DNA from: Cytophaga sp.
GTDB taxonomy: Bacteria > Bacteroidota > Bacteroidia > Cytophagales > Cytophagaceae
NCBI RefSeq assembly: GCF_051961495.1
Contig: NZ_JBQCDF010000135.1
Coordinates: forward strand, 1,372 to 65,371
DNA length: 64,000 bases
Direction: 5' to 3'
The position numbers and the translations under genes are program-made. Shown one piece after another: positions 16,801 to 27,319 of the stretch; position 1 is the stretch's first letter; each line of letters opens with the position of its first letter. Below the pieces are notes generated by a model, which did no database searches, was not told where the DNA came from, and saw nothing but the letters and a program-made list of their open reading frames with translations.

Positions 16801-18858
16801 ATGATAAAACAGATTATAGCAGTTGTTTTTTGTTTATTTTCTGCCATGGTGCAGGCAGAGAATAATGATCCTATAAAATGGTCTTTTGCATTGTCTTCCA
16901 AAGAGATACACATTGGCGATACCATTGAAGTCATTGCAACAGCAGCCATTATTCCTGACTGGTATCTCTATTCCAATGATTTTGATCCCAATCTTGGTCC
17001 AACCATAACAACATTTGATTTCGTTGCCGACAAAGGATATTCCTTACTGGGAAAAACGAAGGCGATCAAACCGAAGAAAAAATACAGTGATATCTGGGAA
17101 GGCGATGTTACCTACTTTGTGGAACATGCCGAATTCAGACAGAAAATAGTTGTCCTGTCTGCAGAAATGAAAATAGCAATGTCTGTTAACTTCCAGACAT
17201 GTAATGATGTGATCGGCCGTTGTATTCCGGGCGATGAAGAATTTACATTTAGCGGTTTGATAATTCTGCCGGCAAGAAAAATTGCTAAAGCAACGACTCC
17301 TGTTAATCCTTCAACTGCCGCAGATCCGGCAGTAGTAAGTCCAATTGACAGTAACTCAGCAACAGCCGTTATTTCTGATTCAGCGGAAAAGACCACCGCT
17401 GTTTCAAGTAAACAGATTACAATCAAAGATCGTGGCGGTGTTACACAAAATACTTCTTTGTTGATCTTTGCCTTGCTTGCATTTGCGGCCGGATTTTTAT
17501 CGATTATTACACCTTGTGTTTTTCCAATGGTGCCGATGACGGTTTCATTTTTTACAAACACCTCTGCTTCAAAGAAGCAATCTGTCCGGAAAGCAATTAT
17601 CTATGGCCTGTCAATTGTTTTGATTTATACTTTAATAGGAGTTGTAATTGCATCTACTCTTGGGAAAGATTTCGGACATTTTATTAGCACACATTGGCTT
17701 CCGAATATAGTTTTTACATTGATATTTATTGTCTTTGCACTTTCTTTCTTTGGTCTGTTTGAGATCACATTACCGAGTAATTTCATTAATAAGGTTGATA
17801 AACAATCAGATAAAGGGGGGCATATAGGTATCTTTTTTATGGCTTTTACTATTGTACTCGTATCTTTCTCATGTACGGGCCCAATTGTGAGTACAATTCT
17901 CTTGTCTGCTGCAGGAGGCGAAATTATTAAACCTGTTATTGGTATGATTGCTTATTCATCCGCCTTTGCATTACCTTTTACTTTATTTGCATTATTTCCA
18001 AGTTGGTTAAAATCATTACCTAAATCCGGAGGATGGCTCAATACTGTAAAAGTGAGCCTCGGCTTTATCGAATTAGGTCTCGCACTAAAGTTCCTGAGCA
18101 TGGCTGATCTGGTAGAACACTGGAATATATTGAACAGAAACACATATTTATTATTATGGATTCTAATTTTGTTTTCTTTAGGTCTATATTTGTTAGGTGT
18201 GATTAAATTAAGTGAACACGATAAAGGACCGATTGGCCGAATAAGAAAATCACTTGCAATTCTGAGTTTCGTTTTTGCAACTTATTTAAGTGTAGGGATT
18301 GCTGGAAATCCTTTAAAACCGCTATCAGGTTATTTGCCGCCGCTTGAAGATTATACAACAGAAACAGACAAAATTTGTGGTACACCTAAATACAACAATT
18401 TTTTACATTTGCCATTGGGCTTGCAGGGTTACTTTGATTACAAAGAAGCATTGGCTTGTGCCAAACAGCAAGGTAAACCATTGTTCATCGATTTCACCGG
18501 GCATGGTTGTGTAAACTGTAGAGAAATGGAGCGAAATGTTTGGGCTGATTCATCTGTTCTTAAACGTCTTAAAGAAGACTTTGTAATTGTTGCTTTGTAT
18601 ACTGATGATAGAACAATGCTTCCTGAAAATGAATGGTATACATCTAAATTGGACAATAAAGTTAAAAAAAATATTGGGGCTCAAAATAATGACTTTCAGG
18701 AGAGTCGATTTAATTATATAGGCCAACCACTTTATGTAATTTTAGACCCTCATACTGAAAAGGAGCTTACTCAACATATAAATTTTGAAAGAAGTGTTGA
18801 TGCATACATTGATTTTCTGGAAGAAGGAAAAATGAATTACAGAAAGCTGTATAAATGA
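16801..18858 (+). CDS. dsbD: Thiol:disulfide interchange protein (three-domain DsbD)
   Basis: N-domain FQTCNDVIGRCIP; TM domain TPCVFPMVP and SFSCTGP; thioredoxin domain FTGHGCVNCREME. Confidence 0.92.
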   Translation: MIKQIIAVVFCLFSAMVQAENNDPIKWSFALSSKEIHIGDTIEVIATAAIIPDWYLYSNDFDPNLGPTITTFDFVADKGYSLLGKTKAIKPKKKYSDIWEGDVTYFVEHAEFRQKIVVLSAEMKIAMSVNFQTCNDVIGRCIPGDEEFTFSGLIILPARKIAKATTPVNPSTAADPAVVSPIDSNSATAVISDSAEKTTAVSSKQITIKDRGGVTQNTSLLIFALLAFAAGFLSIITPCVFPMVPMTVSFFTNTSASKKQSVRKAIIYGLSIVLIYTLIGVVIASTLGKDFGHFISTHWLPNIVFTLIFIVFALSFFGLFEITLPSNFINKVDKQSDKGGHIGIFFMAFTIVLVSFSCTGPIVSTILLSAAGGEIIKPVIGMIAYSSAFALPFTLFALFPSWLKSLPKSGGWLNTVKVSLGFIELGLALKFLSMADLVEHWNILNRNTYLLLWILILFSLGLYLLGVIKLSEHDKGPIGRIRKSLAILSFVFATYLSVGIAGNPLKPLSGYLPPLEDYTTETDKICGTPKYNNFLHLPLGLQGYFDYKEALACAKQQGKPLFIDFTGHGCVNCREMERNVWADSSVLKRLKEDFVIVALYTDDRTMLPENEWYTSKLDNKVKKNIGAQNNDFQESRFNYIGQPLYVILDPHTEKELTQHINFERSVDAYIDFLEEGKMNYRKLYK

Positions 18859-19286
18859 GCAGGCTTGAAAACGATATAAAAACAATAAACCTGATTATCT
18901 CGAACCTTGATAACTTTTCAAGCAGAGCAGAACGTTTGCTTAAAGAAAAAAGGAATGGCTATCCTGATTTTTTTGATCAATACTGCGATTATCTCTGTTA
19001 TTTAAAAGAGCTGCATTTTGAAACAAAAGAAATTAAGGAACATATTCAGAAAGCACCAAAAATTCCAACCTCAGAATTTCCATTTTGGAAGCTTATGATC
19101 ATTTTACCACTTTTTTTATATCTCTATATATTTCAGTTCTATTTAATATTCTTCATATGGGTATTCATTATTGGAGGCATTGCCTTATATTTTTTTATAA
19201 ATGAAAGGAGAAGACGTAAAATGAATCAAATTATGGTTTTCAATTCGCGGTTGATAGACCTTCTTGAGAAAAGCTCAATTGTTTAA
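18855..19286 (+). CDS. Hypothetical membrane protein
   Basis: 143 aa; ATGA overlap with the dsbD stop; hydrophobic hairpin near the C-terminus. Confidence 0.65.
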   Translation: MSRLENDIKTINLIISNLDNFSSRAERLLKEKRNGYPDFFDQYCDYLCYLKELHFETKEIKEHIQKAPKIPTSEFPFWKLMIILPLFLYLYIFQFYLIFFIWVFIIGGIALYFFINERRRRKMNQIMVFNSRLIDLLEKSSIV

Positions 19287-19432
19287 TTATGTTTTTGTCA
19301 GCCAAGTAACTCTGGGCTAGACAAAACAAGTATTTGCATTTTTTATTATAAAAATCACACCTACGTTTTCCGGTAAATATATATATTGCACTAGATTCTG
19401 ATTATTAAATCATTCAGGCAAATATATTTACT

Positions 19433-20995
19433 ATGTCCAGGGTTAAATCCAAGAGCTTATTTGATCTTATTCATTCACTGAGTCCGAATGAAAAAAGGCA
19501 CTTTAAAATCAATCATTCTGCCAGCGGCGACCCGGATGATAAGAAAATGCTCCTCTTGTTTGATTATCTGAACAAGCAAAAATCATTTAATGAAGAACGT
19601 GTGTCGGAAGTAATTCCGGCCATTAAATCTTCCCAGCTTTCAAACCTGAAGGCATATTTATATGAAAAAATTCTGCTTTCCCTGCGCCAATATAATTTGC
19701 CTAAAATTCTGGATCTGCAGATCCGGGAGCAGATCGATTTTGCCCAGCTTTTATTTGAGCGCCGATTATACCCGCAGGGGAAATCCTGCCTGAAAAAAGC
19801 CCGTCGGCTTTCACAGGTACATGAGAACCTGGAACTGACCCTGGAGATTATCAAGCTGGAAAAAAGCATCCTGATGCTGACCATCGACGAGGATATCGAA
19901 GAAACCGTTGATACCATCATTGAAGATGTACGGAAAATCAATTCCCAGATCCATAACATCAATATGTTTTCCAATTTGAGCATTAAATTGAACTCCTATT
20001 ATACCCGGATCGGGTTTATTCGTGATGAAGAAGACTCCATACGGGTAAAAGAATATTTTATAAGCAATTTGCCTGATTATAAGGAGGAAGAACTTTCTTT
20101 GGGAGAAAAAATCACATTGTATCTTTTATATATTGGTTATTACTATTTTTTGCAGGATTTTTCCAATGGTTACCTGTATGCCAACAGGTTAGTACATTTG
20201 TACGAAGAAAACCCTGACCGAATCAAATTTTCTCCGGAAAATTATGTTAAGGCATTGAACAACTTAATGATAGCACAATTTAAGTTGAATTATTTTGAAG
20301 AGTTTGTTTTACATAAACATAAGCTGATTAACTTTACAAATGATAGTACTGTTTATTTTAATGAACGACTTAAAATCAGCTTATTAAAATATTATTTTAT
20401 TCATGAATTGAACCTTTTTTTCCTCACGGGCGAGTTTAATGCAGGTGTAAAGAAGTTATTTATTGACCGGAAAGAGGATATCGATGACTTGCTGAAAAAA
20501 CTCGATTCGCACTCTGCATTGATCCTGATGTATAAGATAGCCTGTTTGTATTTCGGAGCAGGTTTATACAACCATTGTTTGAGATGGCTTAACCGGATCA
20601 TCAATATTCCAAACGTGGATATCCGGGAAGATATCCATTGCTTTGCCCGGATCATTAACCTGATCTGTCACTATGAACTGGGTAATTTTGATGTGATCAA
20701 ATACTATATTATTTCAACCTATCGCTTTTTATGGAAGCGGGACGATTTACGGATGTTCCAGAAATATATCCTGAAATTCCTGAAGGATCTGAATAATGAT
20801 GTGGATGTAGCAGAGCTTGTCAGCCGGTTCAGCAACCTGAAAAATCAGCTGGTGCCTATTGAAAACAGTGATTATGAAAAACGGGCCTTTATTTATTTTG
20901 ATATCATCTCCTGGCTGGAAAGTAAAATCGAAGGCAAATCGGTGCAGGAAGTGATTATGAGTAAGGCAAAAGCCAAAGGCTTTTATCTGGAATAA
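19433..20995 (+). CDS. Conserved hypothetical all-helical (TPR-like) protein
   Basis: 520-aa ORF; N-terminal LFDLIHSLSPNEKRHFK pattern typical of a Bacteroidota paralogous family (from recall); Y/L/K-rich helical repeats. Confidence 0.65.
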   Translation: MSRVKSKSLFDLIHSLSPNEKRHFKINHSASGDPDDKKMLLLFDYLNKQKSFNEERVSEVIPAIKSSQLSNLKAYLYEKILLSLRQYNLPKILDLQIREQIDFAQLLFERRLYPQGKSCLKKARRLSQVHENLELTLEIIKLEKSILMLTIDEDIEETVDTIIEDVRKINSQIHNINMFSNLSIKLNSYYTRIGFIRDEEDSIRVKEYFISNLPDYKEEELSLGEKITLYLLYIGYYYFLQDFSNGYLYANRLVHLYEENPDRIKFSPENYVKALNNLMIAQFKLNYFEEFVLHKHKLINFTNDSTVYFNERLKISLLKYYFIHELNLFFLTGEFNAGVKKLFIDRKEDIDDLLKKLDSHSALILMYKIACLYFGAGLYNHCLRWLNRIINIPNVDIREDIHCFARIINLICHYELGNFDVIKYYIISTYRFLWKRDDLRMFQKYILKFLKDLNNDVDVAELVSRFSNLKNQLVPIENSDYEKRAFIYFDIISWLESKIEGKSVQEVIMSKAKAKGFYLE

Positions 20996-21003
20996 GACAA
21001 GAA

Positions 21004-21414
21004 TTACAATTGATCAAAGAATGATTCCTGATCTTCGCTCAAAGGAAGGGAAGTATCTTTTGTTGCTTGAACCTGGGTTGTAGTTTTGGTTAGGACTAAC
21101 TCACGGCCAAAAGTATCCAAAGCATGCAAGGCAGGGATCAACCCCTGGGCTTTATCAGTTAATTTGTAATCAATTTTTGGTGGATTTCCTTCAGTAACAA
21201 CACGTTCAACAAAACTTTCTTCTTCCAATTCCTTCAACTGGAGAGAAAGCATACGATCGGTAATTGATGGAATATTTTTTCTTAAATCAGAGAACCTGAG
21301 CGGTTTATCAATCAAATTCCAAATAATAATAAACTTCCATTTGCCATATAGAACTTCATTCAGTATTTCCAGTCCTGATTTAAACCATTTGTTATTATAT
21401 TTTATATCACTCAT
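21004..21414 (-). CDS. HxlR family winged-helix transcriptional regulator
   Basis: GKWK.IIIWNL, RFSDL...I..ITDRMLSLQLKELEE, V.R.....PPKIDYKLT. Confidence 0.9.
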   Translation of the reverse strand: MSDIKYNNKWFKSGLEILNEVLYGKWKFIIIWNLIDKPLRFSDLRKNIPSITDRMLSLQLKELEEESFVERVVTEGNPPKIDYKLTDKAQGLIPALHALDTFGRELVLTKTTTQVQATKDTSLPLSEDQESFFDQL

Positions 21415-21488
21415 ATTAATAGAATTTTATTATAATTATGATAAATATAAAAAGAATAGTTATTTAATAAAAGCGGAATAAGTAAAGG

Positions 21489-21530
21489 CAAAAAAAAACC
21501 TGTCCCGAAGCTATCAGGACAGGTTTAAGA
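21489..21530 (-). terminator. Terminator hairpin downstream of the 72-aa gene
   Basis: A-tract + AAACCTGTCC-cgaagctatca-GGACAGGTTT. Confidence 0.7.
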
Positions 21531-21550
21531 AAATGTTTTTTGAGCCCAGA

Positions 21551-21769
21551 TCAATAAGGGTGAGCGTAGCTGTTTGGAGCAACCACGATGTATTGACCTA
21601 CGAGGATCATTATTGCAGAAAATGCAATAACAAGTGCGTATAAAGTTTCTTTTGATTTTATAACATTGCCGCTGGCATCTTTCATCACATTCCCATTTGA
21701 AAGCATGTATCCGCTGAAATTACCAACAATAAAACCAACAACGATTAAGATAGTACCTAGTGCACCCAT
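21551..21769 (-). CDS. Small two-TM hypothetical membrane protein
   Basis: 72 aa, two hydrophobic helices, own terminator. Confidence 0.6.
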   Translation of the reverse strand: MGALGTILIVVGFIVGNFSGYMLSNGNVMKDASGNVIKSKETLYALVIAFSAIMILVGQYIVVAPNSYAHPY

Positions 21770-22012
21770 AGAATTATATAAGTTAAGATGATATGTCTTA
21801 TTGAAGATTGAAACGAAACCTGTGAATGTTTTTATTTCAACTCAAACAAAAATAGGATATACAAATCAATTCCGCCACAAAATGTTAAAATTTATATTTT
21901 TAAAATTTATATTTAAGACATAAATGAAGCAACAATAGCCCCATATCTGGTTATCCGGCTGGCATTACTGCAATTATTAAGTAAATTTACCCCAAACATT
22001 AACATATAATTT

Positions 22013-22960
22013 GTGAAAAAGCTTCTTGTAGTCCTTTCGTTATTCCTAATCACTGCAACGGTTTCATTTGGTCAATTTAAAAGACAGAGAGAATATTCCG
22101 GTTTTTTTGATACGTACTATTATAGAGGTCCCCTGACATTTACATTAGGTGCGGGTATGACTACTTACAGGGGAGATCTTACAGAAGGCTTTGGTACAAA
22201 CGGGTTAAGTTTTGGAATGTCAGTGGGTGCAAATTACAAGCTTTGGCCACACCTTGTGTTTGGCGCCGAACTGTCTTACCTGAATTTTCAGTCTAATGAT
22301 TTCAAGCCCGAACGGAATGCTTCTTTTGTTGCCCATGGCTATGAGTTGCAGGCATATGGCAGATTATATCTCATTGATGAAATTGTGCGCATTGCTCCTG
22401 ACAGAAAAAAGGAATCTCATTATACATTCTGTAAACCATACATTCATTTGGGTGTGGGTGCAATGATGTTTAATTCAACAACAACCATTAATAATGCAGC
22501 GGTTTCCAATGTGGAATTAAAAAGCCCTTCTACAATAGCGCTGGCAATTCCGGCAGGTTTCGGTTTACAGTTTACCATTACGCAAAGAAGTTCATTATGC
22601 GTGGAATATGTATACCGTTTTACAACAACAGACTATCTGGATAATCTGACTTACAGTGGTTCGCGTAACGATGGTTATGGCACGTTCCAATGCAAATTTC
22701 AGTTTGCACCTTCAGCACCTAAGCGTAAGAAAAAACTTTCTCTGCCACCACCGGCCCAGTATGATGGCCCGAAAGGAACAGATACATGGAAGACAAAGAA
22801 AAAAGAGGAACAGCAAAATAACGCTCGTCCGCAGGAAGAATATGTTCCTGAAAATACAGATGGTGATGGCGAGAATACGGATGAAAATATTGACGGAGAG
22901 CAGACAGAAGAAGAACAAGTTCCTGAAGAACCCGTAGAAGAAGAAGTAGCACCTGAATAA
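22013..22960 (+). CDS. Outer-membrane beta-barrel protein (PorT/DUF6089-like) with acidic C-terminal tail
   Basis: Signal peptide; alternating amphipathic strands (KPYIHLGVGAM, YVYRFTTTDYLD, CKFQF); E/D-rich tail; GTG start. Confidence 0.7.
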   Translation: MKKLLVVLSLFLITATVSFGQFKRQREYSGFFDTYYYRGPLTFTLGAGMTTYRGDLTEGFGTNGLSFGMSVGANYKLWPHLVFGAELSYLNFQSNDFKPERNASFVAHGYELQAYGRLYLIDEIVRIAPDRKKESHYTFCKPYIHLGVGAMMFNSTTTINNAAVSNVELKSPSTIALAIPAGFGLQFTITQRSSLCVEYVYRFTTTDYLDNLTYSGSRNDGYGTFQCKFQFAPSAPKRKKKLSLPPPAQYDGPKGTDTWKTKKKEEQQNNARPQEEYVPENTDGDGENTDENIDGEQTEEEQVPEEPVEEEVAPE

Positions 22961-23004
22961 AACAGGCGCAGCAAATTTAAAAATACCTAAAACTATTTAT
23001 AGAA

Positions 23005-24579
23005 ATGAAGGAGATACTGGAAGCTGTTGCATTGATCCCGTGGTGGGCTTATTTCATATTATTTTTAGGTTTTGTAGCGGTTAGAGATATATTCTTTAAC
23101 AGAAGACATACAATCAAGCACAACTTCCCGATTGTTGGTCATTTCCGCTACCTGCTGGAAAAGATTGGTCCTGAACTGCGTCAATATATTGTTGCGAACA
23201 ACAGAGAGGAACTGCCGTTCAACCGCAGACAACGTTCCTGGATCTATGCTTCTTCCAAGCAGCAAAACAATTACCAGGGCTTTGGTACCGATCAGGATCA
23301 GAATAGTCCGGGTTTTGTTTTTATAAAACCTTCCATGTTTTCTTATGCTGTAAAGGAAGGCCATCCGAATAAAGCGAAACCTGATTTTGTTCCCTGTGCA
23401 AAGATCATGGGTGAATATAATAAAAGAAGAAAACCTTACAGGCCCTACTCCATCGTCAATATCTCCGGTATGAGCTACGGCTCGCTGTCTGCCCGTGCTG
23501 TTGAATCATTGAACAAAGGTGCGTTAAAAGCAGGCTGTTACCAGAATACAGGTGAAGGTTCGCTGGCACCTCATCACAAACATGGTGCAGATATCATGTT
23601 CCATTTCGGTACAGGTTATTTTGGTGTACGTGATGAACATGGAAATTTCTCCATGTCTAAATTAAAGGAATTGGTTGAGGCCAACCCATGCATCCGTGCC
23701 ATTGATTTGAAATTGTCGCAGGGAGCGAAACCAGGGAAAGGCGGGGTTTTACCGGCATCCAAGATCACACAGGAAATTGCGGACATCCGCGGCTTGCCTA
23801 TGGGTAAAGATGTAATCTCCCCTGCATACCACAGCGCATTTTCAAATGTGCCTGAGATGATGGATTTTATAGAAAGCATTGCCCAGGAAACAGGCTTACC
23901 GGTTGGTTTTAAATCCGCTGTAGGTAAGATGGAAATGTGGGTGGAACTTGCCGACCTGATGGTGAAAAAAGGCTATGGTCCCGATTTCATTACCATTGAC
24001 GGAGGTGAAGGAGGAACAGGTGCTGCGCCGCCGGCATTTGCCGATCACGTATCACTGCCATTTGTATATGCATTCAGTAACGTATATAAAATTTTTGCTG
24101 AAAGAGGGTTAACCGATCGCATTGTGTTTGCAGCATCGGGTAAATTAGGCTTTCCGGAAAGCACATTAATGGCATTTGCCATGGGCGCCGACGTTATTCA
24201 CGTTGCACGTGAAGCCATGATGTCTATTGGCTGTATTCAGGCGCAGGTATGCCACAATAATACATGTCCATCGGGTGTTGCCACACAAAACAAATGGCTG
24301 CAATCCGGCATAGACGTGCCATTGAAGGCAGACCGCCTGTACAATTACATTAAGAACCTGCGCAAAGAAGTATTGGAAATTACACATGCCTGCGGTTATG
24401 AGCACCCTGCTCAAATGACCATGACTGATATTGATATCAGCATGGGAGACAACAACCTAACCATGCCGCTTGTTGATGCGTATAAGTACAACAAGGTACC
24501 TGTGCGCTTCGAATCCATGCATAAACTTGCTGCATGTCAGTACCTGGGCAAATCAGATCCAACGATAAAATATAACTAA
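23005..24579 (+). CDS. FMN-binding glutamate synthase family protein
   Basis: NISGMSYGSLS, NTGEG, KLSQGAKPGKGG, IDGGEGGTGAAP, Fe-S motif GCIQAQVCHNNTCP. Confidence 0.92.
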   Translation: MKEILEAVALIPWWAYFILFLGFVAVRDIFFNRRHTIKHNFPIVGHFRYLLEKIGPELRQYIVANNREELPFNRRQRSWIYASSKQQNNYQGFGTDQDQNSPGFVFIKPSMFSYAVKEGHPNKAKPDFVPCAKIMGEYNKRRKPYRPYSIVNISGMSYGSLSARAVESLNKGALKAGCYQNTGEGSLAPHHKHGADIMFHFGTGYFGVRDEHGNFSMSKLKELVEANPCIRAIDLKLSQGAKPGKGGVLPASKITQEIADIRGLPMGKDVISPAYHSAFSNVPEMMDFIESIAQETGLPVGFKSAVGKMEMWVELADLMVKKGYGPDFITIDGGEGGTGAAPPAFADHVSLPFVYAFSNVYKIFAERGLTDRIVFAASGKLGFPESTLMAFAMGADVIHVAREAMMSIGCIQAQVCHNNTCPSGVATQNKWLQSGIDVPLKADRLYNYIKNLRKEVLEITHACGYEHPAQMTMTDIDISMGDNNLTMPLVDAYKYNKVPVRFESMHKLAACQYLGKSDPTIKYN

Positions 24580-24614
24580 CCAACGGGTAGGCCTCATCTA
24601 CTCGTAATGACTAG

Positions 24615-26588
24615 ATGAACCAATTTCTCAGGAATCTTATAGGAAGTATACTGCTGTTATTTGCTTACAGCGCTTTGGGCGCAGGAGCAGAACCTGATCC
24701 AGTGCTTTTAAAAGATTCAACAGAACGTTTTGTCTGGCGCGCTGGTTACTATTCGGTTTATTTTGATTCCATCCATTCAAAATCCTTTGATGAAATCCGG
24801 GCCATTCAACGTAAAGGATTATTTACAAGAACCATAACGGATGATCAGCGGCTTTTTTCCCACCACCATGAAATGTGGGCATACATTGATGTCCAGCACG
24901 TAGCCAGAAGCACCAGAAAATACCTGATCGAATTATATGACTTTCATATTGATGAATATGATATTTATGTGCTGAACGGTGACTCGCTTTATTATCATTT
25001 TCAGGGCGGGGATTCGTTTGCGTTTGAACACCGGAAAATAGCACACAAGAATTTTCTGAATGAGGTTGTGTTTAACCCCAACACGCAGTATACGATTTTC
25101 ATTCGTGTACAAAGCAAAGAATCCGTTGCGGCATTCGGCGCCATACGTACTCACCAGGATCTGCTCGAGTATTCCAATAAGGAGTATCTGATACTATCCA
25201 TTTATTACGGCTTCCTGTTATTGATGTTCGTTTATTGTGTAAGTCTCTTTGCGGCTACATTCGAAATAACTTATTTCTATTTCGCGCTTAATGTCGTTAG
25301 CGTTGTATTGTACAGCTTATCAAATGATGGATTAGGCTTCCAGTATTTCTGGCCGCATCAGATGGTATTGAACGGGTATCTTCAATGCTTTTCTGTGGTA
25401 TTGTTTTCTGTAACATCACTGCTCTATACCTCGGCTTTCCTTCAAATCAAAAAAATATCCCGAGCCTATATCATCATACTGCGCTCACTCATGATCGCAC
25501 GTGTATTGTTGTTTGTAACCGGACTTCTCTTTTATGAACCATTGTTACGCATGTACCAGATTGATATCGCTGTGCTGGTATTCATTTTTTATGTTGCCAT
25601 TGATATTTATTTCAAAGATTATATTGCGGCCCGTTTTTTCATATTGGCTTATGCTGCTTTATTCATAGGCTTCACAACTCATATCCTGATGGTACTGGGC
25701 ATTGCCAGAAATAATATGTTCACTGTTTATGCCATGAATTTTGGCACGTTCTTTCAATTGTTTCTGTTCTCATTCGCGCTTGCCGACCGCGTGCGCATTG
25801 TAAATAACCAGACCCGCGATGCACAGTTGAAACTGATTAACCAGTTGAAAGAAAATGAAGCACTGAAAGATAAGGTTACACAGGAACTGGAAGAAAAAGT
25901 TAAAGAAAGAACAAAAGAACTGGAATATAAGAACCAGCAACTGGACGCCTTTGTTTACAAGGCATCGCACGATATCAAAGGTCCGTTGAAATCAATTATC
26001 GGTTTAGCGAAGCTTGGGTTAATTGATATAAATGATGAAGGAGCAAAAGAATATTTCAGGCACATTGAGAAAAGCACTTCCCGTCTCGACGCGCTGTTGC
26101 AGGATTTGCTGCAGGTTTCAAAAATTAAAAATGTTGTCATAGAATCTACGCTGATTGATTTCAATAAAATCATCAACGAAATAAAAGAAGGCTTTACAAA
26201 CATTGAATCTTTTTCGGATTTCTATATTGATGTAGAAATCAAACAGGACAGAGATTTTTATTCCGATGAACAAATGATCTATTCTATTTTTCAGAATTTA
26301 ATAGAGAACGCGTTCAACTACCGCGATAATAATAAGCGCAAGTCATCTTTATATATCCGCATAGAAGTAGATAAACAGAAATCGCTGATCGAGTTTATTG
26401 ACAACGGATTGGGTATAGATAAAGGTTTAAAAGATAAAGTATTTGACATGTTTTTCAGAGCCAGCGAAATTGCGGGTGGCACCGGCCTTGGTTTATACCT
26501 GGTTAAAACAGCAGTTAACAAAATCGGCGGCAGAATTCAGGTTGAAACAGAGATAAATAAAGGCACTACTTTTAGGATAGTTATCTGA
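24615..26588 (+). CDS. 7TM-DISM sensor histidine kinase
   Basis: Periplasmic DISMED2-like domain, 7 TM segments, H-box SHDIKGPL, NLIENA, DNGLGI, GTGLGL. Confidence 0.88.
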   Translation: MNQFLRNLIGSILLLFAYSALGAGAEPDPVLLKDSTERFVWRAGYYSVYFDSIHSKSFDEIRAIQRKGLFTRTITDDQRLFSHHHEMWAYIDVQHVARSTRKYLIELYDFHIDEYDIYVLNGDSLYYHFQGGDSFAFEHRKIAHKNFLNEVVFNPNTQYTIFIRVQSKESVAAFGAIRTHQDLLEYSNKEYLILSIYYGFLLLMFVYCVSLFAATFEITYFYFALNVVSVVLYSLSNDGLGFQYFWPHQMVLNGYLQCFSVVLFSVTSLLYTSAFLQIKKISRAYIIILRSLMIARVLLFVTGLLFYEPLLRMYQIDIAVLVFIFYVAIDIYFKDYIAARFFILAYAALFIGFTTHILMVLGIARNNMFTVYAMNFGTFFQLFLFSFALADRVRIVNNQTRDAQLKLINQLKENEALKDKVTQELEEKVKERTKELEYKNQQLDAFVYKASHDIKGPLKSIIGLAKLGLIDINDEGAKEYFRHIEKSTSRLDALLQDLLQVSKIKNVVIESTLIDFNKIINEIKEGFTNIESFSDFYIDVEIKQDRDFYSDEQMIYSIFQNLIENAFNYRDNNKRKSSLYIRIEVDKQKSLIEFIDNGLGIDKGLKDKVFDMFFRASEIAGGTGLGLYLVKTAVNKIGGRIQVETEINKGTTFRIVI

Positions 26589-26651
26589 AGAATCCCTTTT
26601 TTCTTTATTAAATATTCACGAATATTGACAGTAAAATAAATAATTACTACT

Positions 26652-27290
26652 GTGAATCAACGTATTTCTCTAATTTTAAACGGTGTGCTGGCTATTGCCG
26701 TTATCGTTCTTTATGTATTGCATTTTAAAGGTCAGAAAGCTAGTCCGGATGTTGAAGCTACTGATTCTACACAAACAGCAGAAGCTCCATTAATCATTGA
26801 CAGCCTGCCGAACATCGTTTCCGGTAATGGTGCCATTGCCTATATAGACTATGAGCAATTAACAACCAAGTATCAGTTTTATAAAGATGGCGTTGCTAAT
26901 CTTGAGAGCGATTATAAAAAGAAGCAGCAGGACCTGATGAAAAGACAGGAAACATTAGAGCAGAATGCAGCCAACTACCAACAGGTAGCCGGAGGTTTAA
27001 CGCCTGATGTAAGAGAAAAAAGAGAACGCATGCTGATGGAGGAAGATCAGAAGTTAAGAGAATATGCAGACAAACTGGATAAAGAATGGTCTGACAAACA
27101 ACAGACTTTTGCAAAAAACCTGTTAACCAAACTGGATGAATACCTGAAAGTATTAAGCAAGGAAAAAAACTATGCCTATGTATTCACTTATACCAAAGGT
27201 GGTCCGGCAAATATTGTTTATGCGAAAGATTCATTGAATATTTCTACGCAGGTGATTAATGGATTGAATGCCCAATACAAGAAGAAATAA
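26652..27290 (+). CDS. skp: OmpH/Skp family periplasmic chaperone
   Basis: IAYIDYEQL, coiled-coil core, NYAYVF..., IVYAKDSLNISTQVINGLN. Confidence 0.8.
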   Translation: MNQRISLILNGVLAIAVIVLYVLHFKGQKASPDVEATDSTQTAEAPLIIDSLPNIVSGNGAIAYIDYEQLTTKYQFYKDGVANLESDYKKKQQDLMKRQETLEQNAANYQQVAGGLTPDVREKRERMLMEEDQKLREYADKLDKEWSDKQQTFAKNLLTKLDEYLKVLSKEKNYAYVFTYTKGGPANIVYAKDSLNISTQVINGLNAQYKKK

Positions 27291-27319
27291 ATTTGTTGAT
27301 ATAAAAAACCAAACAACAC

